Notes under the pieces: generated by a model
What the model was told of the DNA's origin: nothing
Database searches by the model: none
Seen by the model: only the letters and a program-made list of their open reading frames with translations
Origin: an uncultured bacterium
GTDB lineage: Bacteria; UBP15; UBA6099
Assembly (NCBI GenBank): GCA_964409645.1
Contig: CAYPEK010000004.1
Coordinates: forward strand, 6,135 to 70,134
Length of the DNA stretch: 64,000 bases
Direction: 5' to 3'
Translations under genes and position numbers: made by a program
Shown here: positions 38,237-47,348 of the stretch, one piece after another
Position numbering within the stretch: the first letter of the stretch is position 1
Layout of the letters: every line of letters starts with the position of its first letter

Positions 38237-40048
38237 TCATTTTTCAGCGTTTTTTAACCGCCAGACTTCGAACTCGCCTATCGTTCTCACCTTTGTGTAG
38301 TTCCGGCACACAAATGCGTTTATCGGGTCCTTCGCGGGGTCGTCGGAATAAAAATACGGTTTCGATCCGGCCTTCATCCCGATAAACTCCGCAGGTCGCT
38401 TTATCCGTATCGCGTACTCCGGAGTTCTTCCGTGCTTAACCATGTCGCGGATCATCCGCTCGCGCAGGCTCACCGGCCACTGCCGCACCACCCACATCGT
38501 TTCAAGCGCCGGCGTTGTACCCGTCAGATAGTGAATCATCGGAATTTTCTCGTATGCGAGCAGCCGGTCACCGCGCTTCAGCCTCGGCGACATATACTTC
38601 AACAGGTCCTCGACCATTTTGACTCTTGTTTTCGTCGAATAGACTCCGTCGAGTTTTCCGTATGTGAAACGCGTGTCCAGCCGCGTCAAATCCCCGTCCC
38701 GATAGCTCGATTTCACGTTCCCCGCGATCAGGCACACGCCGACCGCCGCCAGAATACACACGAAAGCCGCCTTTGCGGCAAATGCTCCCTCCGCTTTGTC
38801 TTTCATGACCGCGCGATATCCGAATAAAACGCCGAACAGCAACAGCGCCGGAAGGATGTTCGACGCGCTCGTCCAGCCCGTCGTTGACACGAATCCCGCT
38901 ATGAGCCAGCACGCTAAAGCAATGACGAATGCGAGCGCATGGAGGTTCCGGCCGTCTTTCTTTTCAGCACACGCCAGCCCCGCCACGGCCGCCATAACCG
39001 ACACGGCACACAACTCCTCACACATCGCCGCAAAATCCCTGCGCGAAAGATAGAAGCAGTAAGCTGCCGCAACCGCGGCGGTGAAGACCGCCGCTCCGAC
39101 TTTTCCAGCCGGAATCGGCCGCTTTACGATTGCGGGCAGAAAAGCGAGTCCGATGAAAACAACCTGCGGAAGACTCCGCACGAATATTTTCAAAAGCCAT
39201 ATCGAGAGCGACAAATGCCGGCTTTCCATTCCGTTCGCATACAAACTGTTCGAAAGCACGTCCCGGCAGTCCCTGATGAAGTACGGCGTCAATCCCGATA
39301 GATGAACCACCGCCGCCGCGCAAACCATAAGCACTGTCGCCGTCGCGAAGAACCACGCCGCCGCCACCGCCCCGCTTTTCCATCTTTCTGAGCGAAACAT
39401 CACCGGTAGAAAGATAACGAACGCCGGCACGACCGCGAAAAGTGGCAGATAACAGAACGCCGCGAGAAAGAAAGCCGTCCCGCCGAAAATACCCCAAAGC
39501 CTCCTGCCGGAAACCTTTTTCGCCTCCGCGCCGCGAATGAACCCGCCGATGCTCACAAAAACAAACGCGACCGCCATCGACGAATATCCGGGTGTCCACA
39601 GGTGAAATACGTTAGACATTATTACCACCGCGCACGCAACATTGAGAACCGCGGCATCGACATGCTTTTTCACCGACGAATAAAGGAAAACAACTCCGAA
39701 TATGTGAAGCGCGAAACCGAGATATCTGAACGCAAGCACGCCGCCGTCGCCGGGAAGCAGCTTCATCACCGGCCAGAGAAGTATGTCGAAGCACCGCACG
39801 ACATTATGAATCTCGTCTCTGAACGGAAGGTCTCCGAGAATGTACCTCAACGGCGATGTGAGATAGATACCCTCGTCCGTCAGGTCCAGTCCGAACCTGA
39901 GCCGCCACAATCCGATCACCGCGACCGCAACCGGCAGAAGAAACAAAAAATTGAATTTTCTCCCCGTTACACCGCTCATCTCGTAGCCGGAAACTCCCCG
40001 CGAAAGATTAGAAGATGTATGATAACACAAATCAATATAGGTCGCCAT
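38237..40048 (-). CDS. Polytopic membrane protein, putative GT-C-fold glycosyltransferase
   Basis: About 12 TM helices. A DEG motif (LTDEGIYLTSP) sits in the first extracytoplasmic loop, as in ArnT/PMT-like GT-C enzymes. There is a C-terminal soluble domain. The gene sits beside a flippase and a membrane-anchored GT2. Confidence 0.4.
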   Translation of the reverse strand: MATYIDLCYHTSSNLSRGVSGYEMSGVTGRKFNFLFLLPVAVAVIGLWRLRFGLDLTDEGIYLTSPLRYILGDLPFRDEIHNVVRCFDILLWPVMKLLPGDGGVLAFRYLGFALHIFGVVFLYSSVKKHVDAAVLNVACAVVIMSNVFHLWTPGYSSMAVAFVFVSIGGFIRGAEAKKVSGRRLWGIFGGTAFFLAAFCYLPLFAVVPAFVIFLPVMFRSERWKSGAVAAAWFFATATVLMVCAAAVVHLSGLTPYFIRDCRDVLSNSLYANGMESRHLSLSIWLLKIFVRSLPQVVFIGLAFLPAIVKRPIPAGKVGAAVFTAAVAAAYCFYLSRRDFAAMCEELCAVSVMAAVAGLACAEKKDGRNLHALAFVIALACWLIAGFVSTTGWTSASNILPALLLFGVLFGYRAVMKDKAEGAFAAKAAFVCILAAVGVCLIAGNVKSSYRDGDLTRLDTRFTYGKLDGVYSTKTRVKMVEDLLKYMSPRLKRGDRLLAYEKIPMIHYLTGTTPALETMWVVRQWPVSLRERMIRDMVKHGRTPEYAIRIKRPAEFIGMKAGSKPYFYSDDPAKDPINAFVCRNYTKVRTIGEFEVWRLKNAEK

Positions 40049-40101
40049 TAACCCCGCCGCCGTTTCATATACGCCCGCAATTATGCTACACTTCCAAAAC
40101 T

Positions 40102-41670
40102 ATGGAAGCCGACACCGGCAGACACGACGGCGACAAGGCGGCTCATTTTCTATCGGGCAGCACGGCGCTACTCGCGGCATCCCTTCTTTCGGGGACACTG
40201 TCTTTCGCGTGGACGGTTCTCATGTCGCGTCTGCTCGGCCCGGAGGGATACGGATTCGTCGGCCCGTTCCTGAACGCATTCTGGATGCTGACCGCCGCGC
40301 TCACTCTCGGCATTCCGCACGCCATGGCGACGTTCATATCGGACCGCCATCACGAGGACCCCGCCGAGGCGAAGCGGGTTATGGCGCAGGGGATGTGGTT
40401 GCTGTTCGTCATTGCGGGTCTTTTCACCGCCGCGGCCGTCGCGGGAATCCTCACGGCCGTCGCCGCCCACAGGATCAGCCGCCTGATGGCCGCCCTCTCG
40501 CTGGTCATGCTCGCCGCCCTCCTCGGTCGCCAGTTCTATATGGGCATGTTCGCCGTCATGGCCGGCCTGCAGAAATACACCGTGCTCGCAATCAGTAACA
40601 GTTCCTACTCCATCCTGATGCTGTCGTGCTCGATAGTTTTCGTGATCGCGGCGCGGCGCTACTACCCGGGCAGCACGGACGCCTGTATCATCGCGGGCGC
40701 GGCCGGCATCGGCGCGGCCGCCGTCATTCAGTACATTCTTTCACTTTTCATAGTCAAGTTCGCGGGCGTGAGCGCATCCAGCCTGTTCGCGTGGAAATCC
40801 GCCGGAGGCGGCGCGCGACGCCTGTTGCTGTTCGGACTCCCCTCCGCAATCGCAATGATCGCGGGCTCGAACCTCTCGTACATCCCGCCGGTCGCGGTTT
40901 CCTTCTTCGCGCACAAATTCGGCGTCTTCGGCGCGACGCAGGCGCAGAACGCAGTCCACGCTGGCTGGTTCAGCGGCGGGTTCACTTACGCGCTCGCGCC
41001 GATGCTCATCGTCGGGATGGTGTTCGCGATCGTGCCAGCGGTTTCGGAGGCGGAATCGCAGGGCAACCACGCGCTCATGCAGCGGTACTTCGATCTCGCT
41101 GTCAAATACTGCGTCACAATCATGCTCTATGTAATGTCCGTGTACGTCGTGTTCGCGGGCCGTATAGTCGAGCTTTTCAGCGGCGGCAAATTCCCGGAAG
41201 CAACTATGGGGCCGCTGACGACGACTCTCGCGGCGGGCATGTGCATTTGCATGATGATTATGCTGATGTGTAACATCCTGATCGGCACCAAGAGGCCGGT
41301 GGCGCCGGCCGTCGCGACTACGGTTATTCTTGTGGCGGAAGTGGCGGCCCTCGCCGCCGCGGGCGTCGGGCGCGGCTCGATCTTCATCGCCGCCGCCGCC
41401 TTTGATGCAACCGTGCTTATCGGGTTCGCGTTTCTCGCCGTATATCTGAAGGTGAAGGTCGGCCTGAGCTGGTCGTGGTCGGCGCTGCCGAGACCTCTCG
41501 CGGCGGGCGCGGCCACCGCGCTGCTGACAAAACTTATACCACTTCACGGCAACCTGTTCATGATCGCCGCGGCGGCCTCGCTGCCTTGCTATTTCGCAAT
41601 CCTTTATCTGATCGGCGGTATTAAGAAAGAGGAACTGAAAATGTTCCGTGGCGGTAAAGCGCAGTCGTAA
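40102..41670 (+). CDS. Wzx-like polysaccharide/oligosaccharide flippase (MOP superfamily)
   Basis: About 12-14 TM helices. The N-terminal region LLGPEGYGFVGPFLNAFWMLTAALTLGIP is typical of polysaccharide biosynthesis (PST) family proteins. The in-frame ATG at 40102 gives MEADTGRHDG. Confidence 0.6.
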   Translation: MEADTGRHDGDKAAHFLSGSTALLAASLLSGTLSFAWTVLMSRLLGPEGYGFVGPFLNAFWMLTAALTLGIPHAMATFISDRHHEDPAEAKRVMAQGMWLLFVIAGLFTAAAVAGILTAVAAHRISRLMAALSLVMLAALLGRQFYMGMFAVMAGLQKYTVLAISNSSYSILMLSCSIVFVIAARRYYPGSTDACIIAGAAGIGAAAVIQYILSLFIVKFAGVSASSLFAWKSAGGGARRLLLFGLPSAIAMIAGSNLSYIPPVAVSFFAHKFGVFGATQAQNAVHAGWFSGGFTYALAPMLIVGMVFAIVPAVSEAESQGNHALMQRYFDLAVKYCVTIMLYVMSVYVVFAGRIVELFSGGKFPEATMGPLTTTLAAGMCICMMIMLMCNILIGTKRPVAPAVATTVILVAEVAALAAAGVGRGSIFIAAAAFDATVLIGFAFLAVYLKVKVGLSWSWSALPRPLAAGAATALLTKLIPLHGNLFMIAAAASLPCYFAILYLIGGIKKEELKMFRGGKAQS

Positions 41671-41683
41671 AAAGCCTCACGCG

Positions 41684-42670
41684 CTACTTCTCTTCTTCCT
41701 TCTTTGAGTCACGTTCGAGCAACCGCTCAATCCTGCGCGTACGCATCTGCACACGGTACGTTTCCTTGCGCAACGCGGCGATTTGCAGCGAAATTATGCC
41801 GAGCGTGACAATCTGTATGCCCGCAAGAACGAGCAGCACCATAAGAGTCATCAGCGGTCGCGTCGGGTTCAGCGTCCCGAGATACCGCATGGCGGCGATG
41901 CCCACGCCGGCCGTCAGCCCCAAGAAAAGAAGGATGAACCCTATCGTCCCGAAAATCATCATCGGCCGTTCCGAGAACGAAAACAGGAGATGTGTGAGCG
42001 ACGTCGCCCGCATTTTGAACTTCGAGCGTCCGGCCTTGCGGCCTCGCAGGTGCGCCGGAATCTCGTGGATGCGCAGCCCGAGCGCCGTCGCCTTCGAGAG
42101 TATTTCGAGATGTATTTCCTTCTTATCTTCGTAGAGGTCGAGCGATTCGAGCGCCTCGCGCCTGTACGCGCGCAGTACCGAACTGAGCGTCGTGAACCGG
42201 CCGCCCATCGCGAAACTCAGCACCACGTTTCCTGCGCGGCTGACGAAGTGCCTCAGCGGCGGCACATCCTTCACCGTCCCGCCGGGCATGTACGGCGAGC
42301 CGAGAACAATGTCCGCCTCCGGGTACGCCCGCAGATAGTCGTACATCCTGCGGAGGTGGTCCGGGCTGTAGCTGAGATCGAAGTCGGTCGTTGCGATTAT
42401 CTCGCCGCGTGCGGCCTCGAAACCGGTTCGCAGCGCCTTCCCACGGCCCGCGTTGCGCGGGTACGACACGACGCGCAGCCACGGCCTGTCCACTTCGAGC
42501 GCGCGCGCCGCCGCAAGCGTGCCGTCCGTGCTCCCGTCGTTGACAATTATCAACTCCCACGGCTCCGGCATCCCGTCCATCGCCTCGGCGATCATCGTCA
42601 CCGTCCGGCTGACGTTGGCCTCTTCGTTGTACATCGGACTGACTATGCTCAGTCCGATTCTCTCTTCCAT
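41684..42670 (-). CDS. Membrane-anchored GT2 glycosyltransferase (polyprenol-phosphate hexose synthase, GtrB/DPM1-like)
   Basis: LSIVSPMYNEEANV, LIIVNDGSTDGT, NAGRGKALRTG and TDFDLSYSP, plus two C-terminal TM helices. The probable start is MEERIGL. Confidence 0.8.
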   Translation of the reverse strand: MEERIGLSIVSPMYNEEANVSRTVTMIAEAMDGMPEPWELIIVNDGSTDGTLAAARALEVDRPWLRVVSYPRNAGRGKALRTGFEAARGEIIATTDFDLSYSPDHLRRMYDYLRAYPEADIVLGSPYMPGGTVKDVPPLRHFVSRAGNVVLSFAMGGRFTTLSSVLRAYRREALESLDLYEDKKEIHLEILSKATALGLRIHEIPAHLRGRKAGRSKFKMRATSLTHLLFSFSERPMMIFGTIGFILLFLGLTAGVGIAAMRYLGTLNPTRPLMTLMVLLVLAGIQIVTLGIISLQIAALRKETYRVQMRTRRIERLLERDSKKEEEK

Positions 42671-42782
42671 TGCGCGTGCCTCTCTCCGTTTCGCATTTCG
42701 AATTATAGCCCATTCCGGCCCGGACATGAATACGTCGCGTGACGTCTGCACGCTTGATCGACCCCGCCGCACGGATTAGAAT

Positions 42783-43754
42783 TTGATTATGAAAAAGATA
42801 ACCCGAACAATTTCAATATTTTTCGTTGCGCTTGCGGCTCTCACCGCGCCCGCTTTCGCTTTCAGCGATCAGCCGGAGCAGTTCGACCCGACATCACTCT
42901 ACGAAATCAAGGAAAGCCCATCGACAGGCTTCTTCCAGTATGTGATCTCGGCGTCGGTCGAGGAAAACACGGACAACCTTTTCGTCATAGCGGGGCCGCC
43001 CGACGGCATCGAGGTCTATTACAGGATGGACGGACTTTTCAAACGGCAGATTTCGCTTCCGGCAAGCGTCGGCGCGAAAGACCGCGTCGTTCCATGCGCG
43101 GGCAGAATATGGCTCCTCTCAAGCGGCAAACTTCTAGAAATCGACCGAAAGAACAAAGTCGTGACGCCGTCCAACCTACCCTCGCCTCTCCCGGAACGCA
43201 TCGGCGAAATCCTCTGCGACTCGTCCGAAAGACTCATCGTTACCGACGGCGACGGGAAGGAAATCCGCCGGTACGACAAGAAGGGCGCGCAGGACCTCCA
43301 GATAGGCGGCTCGCAGACATCGGTTGTCGATAAGCAAACTGAAAAGCAGGCGCCCGTACCGATGCCGTACAAAAAAATCTCATACATAACGACGGATCAG
43401 TTCGGAAGAATATTCATCTTCGACGCTGTGAAGTGCGCCGTGTTCCCGTTCGACCAGAAAGCGCGCGCGTTGCCTTCGCTGCCGAAATCGGATTTTCAGG
43501 ACGTTTCGTTTCCGTGCGATTCACCTTCGTTCGCGGTGGACGCCGACCGCAATCTGTGGTTCATAAACTCGCTTCAGAACTCGATCGACGGCTACGATTC
43601 GTTCGGGACGTTGAAGAAAAGAATATACGCAAACACCGACAACGGGCCGAGGTTCATAACCCCGTCGCGCATCTTCATCGACTCGAAAAACAGACTGTAC
43701 GTGATCGACCGCGCGTCGGCGTCCATTAAAGTTTTCGACCTCAACCGGAAGTAA
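42783..43754 (+). CDS. Secreted beta-propeller-like hypothetical protein (NHL-like repeats)
   Basis: Signal peptide MKKITRTISIFFVALAALTAPAFAFS. It has repeated hydrophobic-D-x-x-x-R-I/L-F/Y-V-x-D segments such as RIFIFDAV and RLYVIDRAS. Confidence 0.45.
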   Translation: MIMKKITRTISIFFVALAALTAPAFAFSDQPEQFDPTSLYEIKESPSTGFFQYVISASVEENTDNLFVIAGPPDGIEVYYRMDGLFKRQISLPASVGAKDRVVPCAGRIWLLSSGKLLEIDRKNKVVTPSNLPSPLPERIGEILCDSSERLIVTDGDGKEIRRYDKKGAQDLQIGGSQTSVVDKQTEKQAPVPMPYKKISYITTDQFGRIFIFDAVKCAVFPFDQKARALPSLPKSDFQDVSFPCDSPSFAVDADRNLWFINSLQNSIDGYDSFGTLKKRIYANTDNGPRFITPSRIFIDSKNRLYVIDRASASIKVFDLNRK

Positions 43755-43889
43755 TGTTGAGCGGCAACCTAAAAAAATTGGCCGCATCCGCGGTTTGTGG
43801 TTTATAATAATGTTCTGTATCAAAAGTTCCGATACGTAGGGGCACGTTGCACGTGTTCCCTTTAAGCAAATGGCCTGTTACCTTCAGGC

Positions 43890-44870
43890 ATGTTTGAGGA
43901 AACGCTGAAAATGCACAGCAAAGGTCAGACAGACCCGTCCAAATTCGAAGGCTGCCTGTTGGGGCTCGCGATCGGCGATGCGCTCGGCATGCCGTTCGAG
44001 GGCTGGCGCGCGTCGTCCATACGCAGTCGCCTCGGGCATGGCGTGGACGACTTCATGTCCAGCACCGAGCACGGCCTGCGCGCCGGACAGTGGACGGACG
44101 ACACGAAGATGGCGCTGCAACTTGCTCGCAGCATTATCCGCAGCAGCGGCCGTGTCGATCCTGAGGACATCGCCCGCGCGTACCTCGAATGGTTCGACTC
44201 CGGCGACCTGCGCGGCATCGGCCGCACGACCGCGGAATCCATACTGCGCCTGAAAAAGGGCGTCCCGTGGAGCGAGAGCGGCAAAGCAGGAGAGTATGCT
44301 GCCGGTAACGGAACCGCCATGCGCGTTGCGCCGATCGGGTTGCTGCATTGCAACAACTATGAAAAGATGCTCGAAGACGCGCGCGCGGACGCCGTCATCA
44401 CCCACAACAACCCGGAGGCGGTCGCGGGCAGCCAAGCGGTGGCGTTCTTCATCGCGCGCGGAGTCAACCAGCCAGACACCGGCGAGGCGCGGATCGACCT
44501 GATCGACGAGTGTGTAAAACTCATCGGGCCGTGCAAAGTTGCCGATAAGCTAATCCAAGCGGGCAAGATGCTGAAGGAAGGGCTCCCCGCCGGCACCGCC
44601 ATCGGCGCGCTCGGCACGGGAGGTTACGTCGTCGAGACAGTAGCGAGCGCCGTCTTCTGCTTCCTCAAGACGCCGGACAACTTCGAGGCCACCGTCACCG
44701 CCGCAGTGATGGGCGGCGACGACTCCGACACCACGGGCGCCGTCGCGGGCGCGATCTCGGGCGCGTGGAACGGCACGTGGGGCATCCCCCGCCGATGGAT
44801 CGAGCGCGTCGAGGACTCCGAAGAAATCCGCAGTATCGCCGGACGCCTCTTCAGCTTCCTTCAGAGCTGA
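43890..44870 (+). CDS. ADP-ribosylglycohydrolase family protein (DraG/ARH-like)
   Basis: GCLLGLAIGDALGMPFEG, QWTDDTKMALQLA, GNGTAMRVAPIG, GGDDSDTTGAVAGAISGAWNG (metal-binding Asp-rich motif). Confidence 0.85.
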   Translation: MFEETLKMHSKGQTDPSKFEGCLLGLAIGDALGMPFEGWRASSIRSRLGHGVDDFMSSTEHGLRAGQWTDDTKMALQLARSIIRSSGRVDPEDIARAYLEWFDSGDLRGIGRTTAESILRLKKGVPWSESGKAGEYAAGNGTAMRVAPIGLLHCNNYEKMLEDARADAVITHNNPEAVAGSQAVAFFIARGVNQPDTGEARIDLIDECVKLIGPCKVADKLIQAGKMLKEGLPAGTAIGALGTGGYVVETVASAVFCFLKTPDNFEATVTAAVMGGDDSDTTGAVAGAISGAWNGTWGIPRRWIERVEDSEEIRSIAGRLFSFLQS

Positions 44871-44911
44871 GAAACCACACTTTTATCCAAATCGCAATTT
44901 CGAATGGAAAC

Positions 44912-46285
44912 TTACTCGTCTTCGAGCATTCCATAGCGCTTCATTTTGTTATAGAGGGTGATGCGGGTAATGCCGAGGCGTTGCGCGGTCTTGTCGCGGC
45001 TGCCGTTGAATTCGCCGAGCACCGCACGGATGACTCGCGCCTCGTACTCCTCGACAGCCGTCTTGAGCGTAACCGTCTGCGGCAGGAAGTTCTTGAACTG
45101 CACCGGCGCGTCCGGCCGCGCGATCTTCGTCGGCAGGTTGCTTACCTGTATCTCTTTGCCGTGTGTCAGGATTACGACACGTTCGATGGTGTTTTCGAGT
45201 TCGCGCACATTGCCCGGCCAGTGGTACGCACATAGTTTCTCCATCGCCTCGTCGCTGATCACCGTGATGTCCCGCCGGTTTTCGCGCGCGTAACGTTCGA
45301 GAAACGCGTTCGCGAGAATCGGAACATCCTCCGGGCGCTCGCGCAGCGGCGGCAGGTGGATCGGTATGACGTTGATGCGGAAATAGAGATCGTCTCTGAA
45401 CTTGCCGGCCGCCACCGCTTTCTCCAGATCGACGTTAGTGGCGCAAATCAGCCGGATGTCCACGCTGATCCGTTTGTCGCCGCCGAGCCGCGTTATCTCG
45501 CGGTCCTGTATGACATTGAGCAATTTAGCCTGTGTTGCGAGCGAGAGGTTGCCCACCTCGTCGAGAAAAAGCACGCCGCCGCCTGCCTGCTCGAAGCGAC
45601 CGGCCTGACTGCTCGTCGCGCCCGTATAAGCGCCCTTCTCGTGGCCGAACAGTTCGCTTTCCAGCAACGTCTCCGGAAGCGCCGCGCAGTCAACTTTGAC
45701 GAACGGCTTGTCCTTCCGCGGGCTGCGCCGGTGCAGCGCGCGCGCGACGAGGTCCTTGCCGGTGCCCGTCTCGCCCTCTATCATCACGTTGGCTTCCGCG
45801 TCCGACACCGCCTCGATCCGCTCGAACACTTTACGCATCGCGAAGCTGCGCCCGATTATGTTGTCGAGTTCGTATTGTTTATTGAGCTGCCGCCGCAACT
45901 CTATGTTTTCGTCGAGCAGTTCGAGCCGGTTCGCTATCCGGTTCAGAACGATCTTCAACTCTTCCATCGAGCACGGCTTGAGTAGGTAATCCTCCGCGCC
46001 ACGCTTCATCGCCTCGACGGCATCCTCGACGGTGCCGTACCCGGTGAGGATGACCACGCCCGTGGACGGCGAAGCCTTCTTAATGCCGTTAAGCAACTCC
46101 ATTCCGCTCTCGCCGGGCAGGTTGACGTCCAGAACGGCTATGTCCGCGCCGTGCCGCGATAGAAGCTGCATCGCCTCCGCCGCGTCCGTCGCGGGAAGCA
46201 CCTCGTACCCCTCGTTCGCGAGGCACTCCGTCAGCGAATTGCGGACGAACGGATCGTCGTCCACCACGAGCACGGAACGCTTCAT
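44912..46285 (-). CDS. Sigma54-dependent response regulator (NtrC family: receiver, AAA+ domain, Fis-type HTH)
   Basis: VLVVDDDPFVRN, Walker A GETGTGKDLVARALH, sigma54-contact loop ESELFGHEKGAYTGA, and C-terminal HTH RDKTAQRLGITRITLYNKMKRYG. Confidence 0.9.
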   Translation of the reverse strand: MKRSVLVVDDDPFVRNSLTECLANEGYEVLPATDAAEAMQLLSRHGADIAVLDVNLPGESGMELLNGIKKASPSTGVVILTGYGTVEDAVEAMKRGAEDYLLKPCSMEELKIVLNRIANRLELLDENIELRRQLNKQYELDNIIGRSFAMRKVFERIEAVSDAEANVMIEGETGTGKDLVARALHRRSPRKDKPFVKVDCAALPETLLESELFGHEKGAYTGATSSQAGRFEQAGGGVLFLDEVGNLSLATQAKLLNVIQDREITRLGGDKRISVDIRLICATNVDLEKAVAAGKFRDDLYFRINVIPIHLPPLRERPEDVPILANAFLERYARENRRDITVISDEAMEKLCAYHWPGNVRELENTIERVVILTHGKEIQVSNLPTKIARPDAPVQFKNFLPQTVTLKTAVEEYEARVIRAVLGEFNGSRDKTAQRLGITRITLYNKMKRYGMLEDE

Positions 46286-47325
46286 GAGTCACCTCCGCCG
46301 TTCCCGCGGAGCGGCACCGAAACGGTGAAAACTGAACCTTCGCCGGTCTTGCTGGCAACCGAGATGCGGCCGCCGTGGTTCTCGACGACGCGGCGCGCGG
46401 TGTAAAGCCCGATGCCTGTGCCGAGGCCCTTCTTTTTCTTCGAGAAAAACATATCGAAAACGCGATGCAGGTCAGCCGCCGCGATGCCGTGGCCCGTGTC
46501 CCGCACCTCGATCTCCGCGTTGTCGCCCGCTAACCGGGTGCGCACCGTCAGCACACCGCCGTCCGGCATAGAGTCGAGCGCGTTTATCATCAGATTCAGA
46601 AACACCTCGTGAAGCCCCTCGCGGTCGAATCTCATGCTTTTCAGCAACGGATCGTACTCGCGGCGCACCTCGATGCGGAACTTCGCAGCTCGCGGTTCGA
46701 GCAGAGTGAGCGCCTTGTCGAGCTCGGTGTGGAGCGCGAGATCCGCCGGCTGCGGCGCTCGCGGCCGCGCGAGCTCGAGCAGTCCCGCCGTCACGCTCCG
46801 TATCTGTTTCACCGCGTCTTTTATCACACCGCAGTATTCCGCGGTCTTCGCGTCCCCTCCGGAACGCGCCATTATCAGATCGACATAGTTCGAGATGCCG
46901 AACAGCGGATTGTTCACGTCGTGCGCGATGCTCGCGGCGAGTTTGCCGGTTGTCACCAGCCGCTCCATCTCGACCATCCGGCTCTGCGTCCGCTCGATCA
47001 GGTGCATCATGTTATTGAACGTCTCGCCTATCTCGGTCATCGGATCACCCGCGAGGCTCTCCCTGTAAACGTCGCATGTCCGGCAGTCGAGCACCTCCTG
47101 CAGGCGGCAGCAGCCACCCTCCTCGGAAAACGTCCCCAGAAGCTGCCAGCACCGCACCCTCTCCTTGCCGTAGAGCGGGCATTTCTCTTTCTTCGCGCAC
47201 TCGGTCATCATCCAGCACGTTTTAATGTCGCGGTTTTCAAACCGCACGTCGGTGCCGCCCGCGAACGCCTTCTTCATCAGCGATGCGAGTTTCTCGTTGA
47301 CTTCGGTTATCTTCCGCGATTCCAT
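46282..47325 (-). CDS. Cytoplasmic histidine kinase with an N-terminal 8-Cys domain
   Basis: HisKA AASIAHDVNNPLFGISNYV and HATPase_c NLMINALDSM, DTGHGI, GLGTGIGLYTARRVVENHGG. N-terminal CWMMTECAKKEKCPLYGKERVRCWQLLGTFSEEGGCCRLQEVLDCRTC. No TM helices. It overlaps the regulator gene by 4 nt. Confidence 0.85.
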   Translation of the reverse strand: MESRKITEVNEKLASLMKKAFAGGTDVRFENRDIKTCWMMTECAKKEKCPLYGKERVRCWQLLGTFSEEGGCCRLQEVLDCRTCDVYRESLAGDPMTEIGETFNNMMHLIERTQSRMVEMERLVTTGKLAASIAHDVNNPLFGISNYVDLIMARSGGDAKTAEYCGVIKDAVKQIRSVTAGLLELARPRAPQPADLALHTELDKALTLLEPRAAKFRIEVRREYDPLLKSMRFDREGLHEVFLNLMINALDSMPDGGVLTVRTRLAGDNAEIEVRDTGHGIAAADLHRVFDMFFSKKKKGLGTGIGLYTARRVVENHGGRISVASKTGEGSVFTVSVPLRGNGGGDS

Positions 47326-47348
47326 CTTACCCTTGAATGCTTTCGTCG

